Virus record (IMG/VR): IMGVR_UViG_3300001097_000002
Coordinates: 32,887-96,886 of that record
DNA length: 64,000 nucleotides
Reading direction: 5' to 3' (one strand)
Source of the DNA: a virus
Position 1 is the stretch's first letter, and every line of letters starts with the position of its first letter. Shown here one piece after another: positions 1-8,803 of this stretch. Under the pieces are notes generated by a model, which saw nothing but the letters and a program-made list of their open reading frames with translations, searched no databases and was not told where the DNA came from. The position numbers and the translations under genes are program-made.

Positions 1-665
1 ATATTAAAGGATTCCCCTTCACCTTTCTTATCAACAAACGTACGACTAGAATCTAATGTATCAAGTACCATACGAAGTGTTCCATAAGTCAGTTTAATTT
101 CACCACTTGAATTATAATTATCGTCACGCATTCGGTAATCATGGCTAATATTGTCAAAGTCACCAGATGCGATAATTTTACGCGCTTGGGATTTGGTTAC
201 CTTGTCTTTATTTGCAACGCTACCAACCGATTTGAAGTTCTTTAACATGGCTGGATTAAAGCATGCAACAGACATATTCTTCGAGGTTGATAATCGAACA
301 TCCTCAATAACACCAGTATCAACTAAGCGTTCTGCTGTTTCTACAATACCATCAATACTAGTAAGCGCATCAAAAAAACCACCATCAGCTTCTGCTTCTT
401 TGCTTATACTAATACGGTGCACATTGCCGTTACCTGCTTTACCATATTTTGAAGTATCGACCACATATAATGCGCGGTTACGTCTATCACGTTTAAATGA
501 CCACTTACCGTCAGTTGTATAGCAATCACCGCCACCTATTCTATACCATTCTTTAAATTCTGATAATGTACCAACCATATGTGTATCACCATCAACCTTA
601 AAACTAACAGCTTCAAGTAATGGTTGAGCAACACCTTCGTTTAAATATTCTGAGAAAGAAATCAT
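1..665 (-). CDS. Hypothetical protein with capsid-targeting-like N-terminus (partial, runs off window edge; not in ORF track)
   Basis: Manual translation from ATG at 665: MISFSEYLNEGVAQPLLEAVSFKVDG..., open to position 1; GAGG SD upstream. Confidence 0.8.
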   Translation of the reverse strand, partial: MISFSEYLNEGVAQPLLEAVSFKVDGDTHMVGTLSEFKEWYRIGGGDCYTTDGKWSFKRDRRNRALYVVDTSKYGKAGNGNVHRISISKEAEADGGFFDALTSIDGIVETAERLVDTGVIEDVRLSTSKNMSVACFNPAMLKNFKSVGSVANKDKVTKSQARKIIASGDFDNISHDYRMRDDNYNSSGEIKLTYGTLRMVLDTLDSSRTFVDKKGEGESFN

Positions 666-873
666 GTGTACCTCTATTAAATTATATTGTGTATCGTATT
701 TACTGTACATGATAATCATAAATCCCATTGGATAAAACATTTGACATATAAACAGCAACATTGAACTTCAACTCGCTCATTGTAACGTTAAACATAAAAA
801 CCCCAATAATATAATTAGTAAACTACCTATCTCCCAACCTACGTACTAATTATAGCAATATTGGAGCCACCAG

Positions 874-1230
874 TCAAGAAAAACCGTATCCACCATCAAT
901 GCGTTCGATGGCTTCATCATAATTGTCAAAAACGTAATAGTCCCAATTTTCAAATTCATCATCTACGATAATATTCTTAAGACGATTAACATTCATATCC
1001 TGACCTTTATAATCATTACTTATTTTGTCACGCTCGACTATATAAGAACCTTCAATGGCTCCATGACCATATCTAACTTCTTTACGTAAACGCACTAACC
1101 AAACATCATTTACGTCCGGTGTAATAAACACACTGACATAGCCATTATTCTCGTACTCGCTATTATTAGTGAATGCGTATGTTGTAACGTTTGTTGTTTT
1201 TGCGAATTCAAATTTCATAATAAACTCCAA
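874..1230 (-). CDS. Hypothetical protein
   Basis: ORF with GGAG SD before MKFEF; no recognised motif. Confidence 0.6.
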   Translation of the reverse strand: MEFIMKFEFAKTTNVTTYAFTNNSEYENNGYVSVFITPDVNDVWLVRLRKEVRYGHGAIEGSYIVERDKISNDYKGQDMNVNRLKNIIVDDEFENWDYYVFDNYDEAIERIDGGYGFS

Positions 1231-1352
1231 TAATTTAAATTAATTTATCGTACTTGATAATTATATCAATTTACCACTACAAAGTCAACAACTAAAACAA
1301 AAAAAGTGGACACACGTTACATGCATCCACTTCGTTAATAAGCTATTTACTA

Positions 1353-1667
1353 TTAAGAGTTAAGTGTTTTACATCTGTTCCAATCTGTTCTTCTGTTAAG
1401 CTCTCTGTTTGTTGGTGGTAATGCTTCTTTGTATATATCAAATTGAATGTCGCCTCCATACTTTAGCACGCGCTCATAAAAGGCTTTGTTGATTCTAATT
1501 GGATAAAAACTCCAGTCGTTATCCATGCCATCAAAAGCATATGAACCGTTATTAATAGCGTCATTATATGTGGACATATGAGATGTACCAACACCTAAAA
1601 TAATGTTTTGTTTTTTATCTAAAATGCAATAATGTAATGCCATATTATGCTGCCTTGATAAATTCAT
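1353..1667 (-). CDS. Hypothetical protein
   Basis: ORF in co-oriented, tightly packed cluster. Confidence 0.55.
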   Translation of the reverse strand: MNLSRQHNMALHYCILDKKQNIILGVGTSHMSTYNDAINNGSYAFDGMDNDWSFYPIRINKAFYERVLKYGGDIQFDIYKEALPPTNRELNRRTDWNRCKTLNS

Positions 1668-2187
1668 TTAAGTTATAGAGTCTGTGGTCGCAATCAATAC
1701 CAACATTAAAACGATTCTCCATCATGTTTGGGCCATAGTTATGAGTATGCCCATGCAAGTGTATTGCTCCGTGGTGCTTGCAATCCCATGTCTCAATAGG
1801 ATAATGGAATAATACTAATTTGACTTTGTTTACTCTAAACGAATCATAATGTCCAATAACCTCATGTGGTGTCCCTTTGCATATACTACGAAGTTGTTCC
1901 ATCTTGTCATGATTACCAATGATGAATTTCCACTTACCGTTTAGCTGCGAGACAATTTCTTCAACATCCGCATATTTAGTTTTCTTGCCACATGTTAAAT
2001 CGCCTAGATGCCAAACAGTATCATTTTGCTTAACTGGTTTGTTTACAATATTATTAATCCAATCGTTATGGTCGGCAATCTTACATGGCCTGTTACAGTG
2101 TTCAATAATATTATCATGATTATAGTGTAAGTCGCTTGTAACATAAATATTATTCATAACCATTATCCTCTTCATCGCTTTTACCAT
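1645..2187 (-). CDS. Calcineurin-like metallophosphoesterase
   Basis: Motifs SDLH, HLGD, GNHD, FHYP, HLHGHTH, NVGID. Confidence 0.9.
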   Translation of the reverse strand: MVKAMKRIMVMNNIYVTSDLHYNHDNIIEHCNRPCKIADHNDWINNIVNKPVKQNDTVWHLGDLTCGKKTKYADVEEIVSQLNGKWKFIIGNHDKMEQLRSICKGTPHEVIGHYDSFRVNKVKLVLFHYPIETWDCKHHGAIHLHGHTHNYGPNMMENRFNVGIDCDHRLYNLNEFIKAA

Positions 2188-2779
2188 AAGTGGCAGTTCT
2201 TAACAACGTGCATCTATAGCATCCACCCATGCCATCATAATCATCTAATCCATATGCGGCATTGTGTAGGTTGGTATCACTACAACTTGTTCGGTCATGT
2301 TGTGGCGCAATCATGTTAACGTAGTTTATTCTTAATTCTTCTTCATCATTGCGTTCTACTGATAAGTTGTCAACCAACGGAAATTTAACTATCAATTTAT
2401 CACGTAGTTCAATCATTTGCGCATCACTACATTGTACACTCATACCATATGATGGACCCCAATTTAACGACACGCTGTTGAAGTTGTCAGTATACATAAT
2501 AGAGATATTATTCTTATTAGCACTTTTGATAATATCATATGCATATACATGTGACATTGTTTCCATAATATCAGTCTTCACATTATTAATAAATATGTAA
2601 TAATCGTCTACGCTTAATGAATCCGTTTGGTGTCTATTTCTAAGTTTCCATTCATCGTTTGCGCTTACAAGTGCTTGCGCATACGTCATAATGCGGTCAT
2701 CAGTTTCTAGTTCTTCTGTAGTAAATCCACATGTTAATGCTAGTTTAGTTAGACTGTCTGTTACAACTACTGGTTTCAT
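2150..2779 (-). CDS. Hypothetical protein (C-terminal Cys cluster)
   Basis: ORF; HDRTSCSD...CYRC. Confidence 0.6.
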   Translation of the reverse strand: MKPVVVTDSLTKLALTCGFTTEELETDDRIMTYAQALVSANDEWKLRNRHQTDSLSVDDYYIFINNVKTDIMETMSHVYAYDIIKSANKNNISIMYTDNFNSVSLNWGPSYGMSVQCSDAQMIELRDKLIVKFPLVDNLSVERNDEEELRINYVNMIAPQHDRTSCSDTNLHNAAYGLDDYDGMGGCYRCTLLRTATYGKSDEEDNGYE

Positions 2780-3012
2780 TAGACCACCTCAATAAATACT
2801 TCAACATCAATAGTATAAACGCATTTTATAGTGACTTGTGTTGGATACGTTGTAGGTAACGGTGTTTCAATGTTAAACATAATTTCCTGTATATCTACTT
2901 CACCGTTTGATAAGTGATAATATAACCCCATACTGCCTAATTGCCTATAAACAAGATTGATTAATTCTTCTATACTATTAACGGTTAGGATTGTGCTATT
3001 AGTTTCACTCAT
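2779..3012 (-). CDS. Hypothetical protein
   Basis: Translationally coupled ORF. Confidence 0.55.
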   Translation of the reverse strand: MSETNSTILTVNSIEELINLVYRQLGSMGLYYHLSNGEVDIQEIMFNIETPLPTTYPTQVTIKCVYTIDVEVFIEVV

Positions 3013-3365
3013 AATGATGCTCCTTTTAATGCATACTTATTTTCACATAATGTAAACAAGAACTCTGTAACATCATCAAACTCGTCTTGCAATACTGCTA
3101 GTTTTATCTCCTCGTCATATAATAAATGATACAACATGCATAAAGGTAAATGCGAAGCGAATAAATGCTCAGAACTACGAATTACAGACTTATATTCAGG
3201 TAAGAATTCAAGCTCATATACTTCTAGTAACTGACTAACATTAATACAGTCTTTAGCAATTTCATTTATACCCTTGTTAATGATACGCGCTTTCATATCA
3301 GGCGACTGGTTATAATCTAAAACAAAGTTTTGACCTGTGAATAAAGTGTTCATAATATGCCTCAT
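3009..3365 (-). CDS. Hypothetical protein
   Basis: ATGA-overlapping ORF. Confidence 0.55.
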   Translation of the reverse strand: MRHIMNTLFTGQNFVLDYNQSPDMKARIINKGINEIAKDCINVSQLLEVYELEFLPEYKSVIRSSEHLFASHLPLCMLYHLLYDEEIKLAVLQDEFDDVTEFLFTLCENKYALKGASL

Positions 3366-3561
3366 GATTTAAATGAAAAATTAGTGTACAGGTTCATTAT
3401 ACACTAATTGTTAGACTTGTAAAGTATTATTTCATAATACGTTTTAGTTATTTGTCCATACTTCGATTGAAGTGCATGTAATATAACACAATAAATACAC
3501 ATATCAACTATTATTTTTGTTTAAGTACAAGTAATCCAAACTATAACTATAAAGTGATATT

Positions 3562-4038
3562 ATGCAAACAGAACACATAACCGCGGAAAATTATCAATAT
3601 AAGTTACCATTTGACAATAAAGAAGGCAAAGACGTTTTTCGGTACATACCGCATGCACCAGAGATTGAGGATGTTGACGAGGATTTTAAAGAAAAGAACT
3701 GCTATAAGAACGATACTTTTATTAGGGGTGCGTATGTCAGTTACCCATACACTAAAGAACATCTTGATGAAATGAAACGTTGCAAAGACGATTCTTTTTA
3801 CTTTATCCAAAATTACGTAAGAATTAACACGCTTGATTATGGTGTACGGTTATTTGACCCTTTCCAGTATCAGAAAAATATGATTAAGATGATGGACGAA
3901 AATCGTTTTACAATATTTACAACTTCACGCCAAGCGGGTAAATGCGTGCACGGTACTACTGAAATAACAGTGCGTAATAAAACCACTGGCTTGATAGAAA
4001 CAGTTGAGATAGAAGATTTCTTTTCGCGTTTTGAGTAA
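3562..4038 (+). CDS. gp17: Terminase large subunit fragment 1 (N-terminus to Walker A Lys) fused to split-intein N-half
   Basis: T4 gp17-like EMKRCKDDSFYFIQNYVRI, FDPFQYQKNMI, Walker A TSRQAGK, then intein block A CVHGTTEITV...VEIEDFF and stop. Confidence 0.92.
   Translation: MQTEHITAENYQYKLPFDNKEGKDVFRYIPHAPEIEDVDEDFKEKNCYKNDTFIRGAYVSYPYTKEHLDEMKRCKDDSFYFIQNYVRINTLDYGVRLFDPFQYQKNMIKMMDENRFTIFTTSRQAGKCVHGTTEITVRNKTTGLIETVEIEDFFSRFE
3943..4035 (+). mobile_element. Split intein N-fragment (31 aa, Cys1), site a (Walker A GK|[T/S])
   Basis: CVHGTTEITVRNKTTGLIETVEIEDFFSRFE matches intein N1 block C-x-x-G-x-T-x-I...I-E-D-[LF]. Confidence 0.88.
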
Positions 4039-4087
4039 CCACAAAAAAGGAGTGTAAACACACTCCCAAATAACGTAGCGTTAACTA

Positions 4088-4321
4088 CTAGGCAACCTCA
4101 CCATACAGTGATACAACCAAATCTTTTAATGCTTTAAGTCGGTAATCATATGCTGGATAATATCCCAATTTAACTTTTCCATACGTTGAACGCGCCATAC
4201 CAACTTCATCTGCAATTTCATCACCGATGAAATCTTTATTAATTATGTGGTGTAAAGCAACAAAGCGTTTATTGTTAGTGCTTGCTGAATGTTGGTCACG
4301 AACGTTACAGGTTGGTTTCAT
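4088..4321 (-). CDS. XRE-like helix-turn-helix protein (paralog of 5296-5658)
   Basis: EIADEVGMARSTYGKVKLG HTH pattern. Confidence 0.65.
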   Translation of the reverse strand: MKPTCNVRDQHSASTNNKRFVALHHIINKDFIGDEIADEVGMARSTYGKVKLGYYPAYDYRLKALKDLVVSLYGEVA

Positions 4322-4419
4322 ATAAATATTCCAATTATTAAAAGTTGTTGTGTTAACTAAATCCTACAAAACTAATTATACACGATTATTTAGGGTTGTC
4401 AATTACAAAGGTGGATTAA

Positions 4420-4986
4420 ATGTTTTTAAAGTATAGCGTAATGCTCAATATTATTTTAGTTATGTTATCAGTGACTTTATTTTACAAGTACGACAAAACA
4501 GTAAAAGAAGTAGAACTGGTTAAACTTAATTGCGAATTATCAATAACCGAATCTAACAATGATATTATTAAGGATAACATAATAGAACTTACACGTATTA
4601 AAGCATTACAAGATAAACAACATCAAAAATTCTTAGAGGTCAACGATGAACTTATTAACACGCAACAAAAATTCAATGCTGACATTAGCGCTGTTAACGC
4701 TACTAATGAGCGGTTGCTCATTGATGCACAAGAAGCAAGAAGTAAAGCCTTTACCACAGATATCAAATCTGACAACCGTTCAGAAGCCTTACGTGAATAT
4801 GCAACTATTAGAGAAGGATTACATGATGAATGTAAATATTCACTTATTGAGGTCTCAGAAGATGCTACAAGACTTCAGCAAAAAGTATTAGAATTTGATA
4901 AAAAATGGGATATCCAAAGTGATACTATACTAGGATTATCAGCCAATAAAAAAGCCGACACTAGTGACTTAGTACCGGCTCAGTAG
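4420..4986 (+). CDS. Inner-membrane spanin (Rz-like)
   Basis: N-terminal TM helix followed by long coiled-coil periplasmic domain; contains embedded lipoprotein ORF. Confidence 0.8.
   Translation: MFLKYSVMLNIILVMLSVTLFYKYDKTVKEVELVKLNCELSITESNNDIIKDNIIELTRIKALQDKQHQKFLEVNDELINTQQKFNADISAVNATNERLLIDAQEARSKAFTTDIKSDNRSEALREYATIREGLHDECKYSLIEVSEDATRLQQKVLEFDKKWDIQSDTILGLSANKKADTSDLVPAQ
4646..4891 (+). CDS. Outer-membrane spanin lipoprotein (Rz1-like), fully embedded in +1 frame
   Basis: GAGG SD; basic N-region, hydrophobic LTLALLTLL, lipobox LMSG|C, Pro-containing linker. Confidence 0.8.
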   Translation: MNLLTRNKNSMLTLALLTLLMSGCSLMHKKQEVKPLPQISNLTTVQKPYVNMQLLEKDYMMNVNIHLLRSQKMLQDFSKKY

Positions 4987-5001
4987 CAATTAAAACATTT
5001 T

Positions 5002-5262
5002 CTATGCTGCTAACTCTTTAAGTTTTACCACACGTAGCGAAGTACCTCTGTGGTTTTTAAGGACTTTCAAAGCCATTGACGAATCAAGTTCAGTAACTGT
5101 CTTTTTAAGACGTGTAAGTTTTTTCTTGTTAGAAATAACCCACGCTTTAGAATTAACTTGGGTAATACCATCATAACTATAAATGCGGTTACACGACATA
5201 CGATTAAGGTCTAATGCGGCACGTATAACTGTGGTAGTGTCGTGTGTTTGGCGATTACTCAT
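5002..5262 (-). CDS. Hypothetical basic protein
   Basis: ORF with AGGA SD. Confidence 0.6.
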   Translation of the reverse strand: MSNRQTHDTTTVIRAALDLNRMSCNRIYSYDGITQVNSKAWVISNKKKLTRLKKTVTELDSSMALKVLKNHRGTSLRVVKLKELAA

Positions 5263-5295
5263 AATGTTTCCTTTGATAATTGATTTAAGATTGTA

Positions 5296-5658
5296 TTACT
5301 TAACGTTGATTGTAATATCACCAACAAAGTTCAATGGGATATTAACAACAACTGACTTCTTCTTAGCGGCTGATTTCTTAACAGTAGTAGACTCTCCTAA
5401 TACCGATTTACCATGCATTTTAACTTCTTTGATATCTAAAATAGATGGACGAACTTCACTTTTAACTAACCGACTCATTGATTGCAAAATATCAGCATCA
5501 GCATAGAAGTATCCCAACTTGATTTTTGAAAATGATGAAGTTGGGATACTAAGTTTATTTGCAATAACACCATCACGATATTTCGATGATAATGTTTCGT
5601 GTAGTTTAACGAATTTTTTGTTACATCTGGTGTGGTTGTACTGACCGCGAAATGCCAT
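5296..5658 (-). CDS. XRE-like HTH protein (paralog of 4088-4321)
   Basis: NKKFVKLH...IANKLSIPTSSFSKIKLGYFYA aligns with NKRFVALH...IADEVGMARSTYGKVKLGYYPA. Confidence 0.65.
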   Translation of the reverse strand: MAFRGQYNHTRCNKKFVKLHETLSSKYRDGVIANKLSIPTSSFSKIKLGYFYADADILQSMSRLVKSEVRPSILDIKEVKMHGKSVLGESTTVKKSAAKKKSVVVNIPLNFVGDITINVK

Positions 5659-5731
5659 AAAATATCCTGTTTGATATAAATTGTTACTTGATTGTGTTGT
5701 TAAGTATAAACACTTTTAATATTAATGCAAG

Positions 5732-6007
5732 CTATTTTTTAACATTACGTTTATTACGCTTTCTGATAAGCGCCATTTGAATTTTATCAACAACCATCAT
5801 AACAAGTTTAAAAACGAATACTAATAATACGCAGGCGATAAGAATTACAAACAATAATAAGAACGGTCCCCAAATTGGTGAAAGCACCATTAACCAACTC
5901 ATGTCACTAAAATTAAAAACTTTGGCTGCTGCAAATATCGCTGTCAACATAACAAAGATACTCGTGCCACCAACATATACTGGTGATGTTGAACTTTCTT
6001 TACGCAT
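5732..6007 (-). CDS. Small two-TM membrane protein
   Basis: Two hydrophobic segments with MSWLMVLSPIWGP, basic C-tail. Confidence 0.7.
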   Translation of the reverse strand: MRKESSTSPVYVGGTSIFVMLTAIFAAAKVFNFSDMSWLMVLSPIWGPFLLLFVILIACVLLVFVFKLVMMVVDKIQMALIRKRNKRNVKK

Positions 6008-6066
6008 GATACTCCTTAACTGATTAATTAATAATAACTAAATAACTATACACGTATAACTATGAG

Positions 6067-6543
6067 ATGTCAATAACTATTATGGCTGGATATCCTAAAC
6101 CAAAAAGGTTCAAACCCGAAAACCCGAAAAAATATGTTGGTAAAGTAAATGACATTATCAGTCGTAGCAGTTGGGAAACAAAAATGTTCCATTGGTGTGA
6201 CAACAACCCTAGCGTGGTACGTTGGAACAGCGAGGATGTTATTATACCATACTTTAGCAATGCTGACGGTAAAATGCGCAAATACCATATTGATGTTTAC
6301 GCTGCTATTAAAATGAAAGACGGCAGCGTAAAACAATACATTATAGAAATAAAACCTTACGAGCAAACGATTAAACCAAAAATGCGCGGACGTAAGAAAA
6401 AAGAAACATATCTAAAAGAATGCTATACATTCCAAGTTAATACTGACAAGTGGCAACATGCAACGGCATGGGCTAAGCAAAACGATATGGAATTTATCAT
6501 AATGGATGAATATTCACTTGGTCTAAAAAAGAGAAAACCATAA
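6067..6543 (+). CDS. gp4: Head completion nuclease (TnsA-like fold)
   Basis: FKPENPKKYVG, SRSSWE, WNSE..IIPY, YHID, IEIKP, VNTDKW. Confidence 0.92.
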   Translation: MSITIMAGYPKPKRFKPENPKKYVGKVNDIISRSSWETKMFHWCDNNPSVVRWNSEDVIIPYFSNADGKMRKYHIDVYAAIKMKDGSVKQYIIEIKPYEQTIKPKMRGRKKKETYLKECYTFQVNTDKWQHATAWAKQNDMEFIIMDEYSLGLKKRKP

Positions 6544-6557
6544 TGCTAAGTGACAAA

Positions 6558-6818
6558 TTAAAAATACATAACCTTTGCTAATGCATCCATCGAATATCTG
6601 TCTAATCTCATAGTGTTTTTCTCGGTTGAGTAAACCGTTTCTTTAACAATAATTTTTTGGTGTATATTTCTCTGTATATATGTAAACACTTTATCGTTAG
6701 ATTCTAGTATAAATACGTCCTTAATTGGCTTGCCATGTTTATCTAAGCAAATCATGCCAATACGGTCCGCATTCATATTAGAACGCTCAAAATCAAAATT
6801 CTCATTAACGTGTGACAT
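6558..6818 (-). CDS. Hypothetical protein
   Basis: ORF with GGAG SD. Confidence 0.55.
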   Translation of the reverse strand: MSHVNENFDFERSNMNADRIGMICLDKHGKPIKDVFILESNDKVFTYIQRNIHQKIIVKETVYSTEKNTMRLDRYSMDALAKVMYF

Positions 6819-6865
6819 AGTTAACTCCAGTCATCATAACAATACTTGCATAGGTTGTCAAGTAA

Positions 6866-7366
6866 CTATCTTCTTTTATTCCATTGTAGTTCACTCCATT
6901 CAGTAGTGCTATCATGATGACCTAGTTTATCTGTCGATACCAACCCATTTTTGATAGTAATGCGAATATGTCGACCATCATCAGCAAATAGTAAATCACT
7001 TTCATCAACTTGTATAAGGTCAGTAATATATCCCACTGCTATACTTTTATTAACACCACCGTTTCCGTAGTGCTTACTATAAGGGGCGTATATGCCGTCA
7101 TCAAAATAAAATACTGGATACAGTGAATGTGTTACATTAGGTCCAAGATGAACACGCTCTAGCTTGATATATTTTAGCATGTTGTTGGTACTATGTACAT
7201 TAATAAAAAAATCATCTACTATTCTACGCCTACGAAAAATAGTATTAAAATAAAAACGTGCAATGTTCATTGCTGCAATGAAATTCAGTGCAGCAAATAC
7301 AGCACCAACAACGCAAGCAAAAAGAAATCCTACAGATAAACAAAATATTATAAAATCCATGACCAT
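6866..7366 (-). CDS. Membrane-anchored hypothetical protein
   Basis: N-terminal hydrophobic helix. Confidence 0.55.
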   Translation of the reverse strand: MVMDFIIFCLSVGFLFACVVGAVFAALNFIAAMNIARFYFNTIFRRRRIVDDFFINVHSTNNMLKYIKLERVHLGPNVTHSLYPVFYFDDGIYAPYSKHYGNGGVNKSIAVGYITDLIQVDESDLLFADDGRHIRITIKNGLVSTDKLGHHDSTTEWSELQWNKRR

Positions 7367-7684
7367 AATTCTTAACCCTCATAATCTATTTGGTTGTTTT
7401 AAGTGTAAACGTAACAGTATCTTCTTGTTGATTGCACGCGCTAATTCACAGCGTTTAATTATACCATAATATAATAGTCAATTAATATTGTTTATATTAA
7501 CACTCTTCTCACATATTGTACATATAAAAAAAGCCTAACACATTACGCATCAGGCTTTTTTGTTACGATAGTATTTATTTCTGACTTATTAGTTTAATCA
7601 GTTTACGCCACACGTACATAGTTGTGTTTGGCAAGTGTAGTATTACTAAAATAATAACAATTGTTGCTATAATTATATAAGTAT

Positions 7685-8794
7685 TCACTCGTCATTACCT
7701 AAAAAATCATCGCCACCATCCCAATCATCGCCACCACCTAACATAGTTTCATTAGTATCAACTTCGTCGTGAATTAGTTTACCACTGCTAATTTGATACA
7801 TAGTTTCCACGTCTGAATGGAATTTCTCTTCTGCAAACAAAGGACCCCAGAATTTAGAACTATTGGTATCTTTGGCGCGCCACTTCTGGTCTTCTTGTAC
7901 ACCTTCAATAACTCGACTATACCAACCATTTGATGGTTTTTTAATATAACCTACATTCATGCCCACTTCTAGCATACCAGTATACTTATTCATACCACCG
8001 TCAAAACGCATTTCGATTGGAAACTTAGATTTCTCTTTACAGTAACGACTTTTCTCAACGTTCATAATCAAGTTAAATCCAGTAATTTCTTTACCTTCTT
8101 TTTCTTGTTGTCGTCCCATAATGAACACTTGGTCACTTGAATACATGATACCTGAACCACCAGAAACAACAGCTTTTGAAAACAGTTCCATTGTTTGATA
8201 TACATGCGCTACCCCAACCATAACAATTTTCATGATACGCAAGTAAGGTGTGACAATACGTGTTAATGATTTTAGTTCTTTAGCACGTGTCATATCAGCT
8301 TTGGCTTTACCTTCTAGTGCATCCTCTGCTTCTTTCTTACTTGCTAAGTTACCTAAGCTGTCAATATAGATAAACACTTTCGCACCTGGATATTCTTTCT
8401 TAATCATATCAAGTTGTTTAACAAGGTCAAACTTCAAGTTTTCAATGTTAAGAAGTGGCATATGCAAGATACGTGAAGTATCAATATCCAAACTGTCAAA
8501 ATATGATTTAGGTGTACCGAACTCACTGTCATAAAATAACATGATAGCATCAGGATACTTGGTCATATACGCTTTCGCGCACACGTTAGACAGTACACTC
8601 TTACCATGTTTACTAGGACCCGCAAACAATGTCAAACCAGGTTTTAGTCCACGTCTTAAACTACCAGAGAACGCTAAATTCATTAGCGGAATATCAAGTA
8701 GAACATCCTCTTCGTCAAAAAATACACTGTTATCCAAACCATCAGTGCCTTCAATAATACTGTTTTTCTTTAACGCTTTTAGCATACTACTCAT
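7685..8794 (-). CDS. uvsX: RecA-like recombinase UvsX
   Basis: AGPSKHGKS Walker A, FYDSEFG, IDSLGNLASKKE, DMTRAK, VSGGSG, KSRY. Confidence 0.96.
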   Translation of the reverse strand: MSSMLKALKKNSIIEGTDGLDNSVFFDEEDVLLDIPLMNLAFSGSLRRGLKPGLTLFAGPSKHGKSVLSNVCAKAYMTKYPDAIMLFYDSEFGTPKSYFDSLDIDTSRILHMPLLNIENLKFDLVKQLDMIKKEYPGAKVFIYIDSLGNLASKKEAEDALEGKAKADMTRAKELKSLTRIVTPYLRIMKIVMVGVAHVYQTMELFSKAVVSGGSGIMYSSDQVFIMGRQQEKEGKEITGFNLIMNVEKSRYCKEKSKFPIEMRFDGGMNKYTGMLEVGMNVGYIKKPSNGWYSRVIEGVQEDQKWRAKDTNSSKFWGPLFAEEKFHSDVETMYQISSGKLIHDEVDTNETMLGGGDDWDGGDDFLGNDE

Positions 8795-8803
8795 ATAATT
8801 CCC

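Noticed and set aside
151-522. Plus-strand ORF and many other antisense ORFs in the track (e.g. 19499-20017, 31570-31776, 35449-35925, 54292-54798)
   Set aside because: They are shadows of better-supported genes on the opposite strand and have no SD or motifs.
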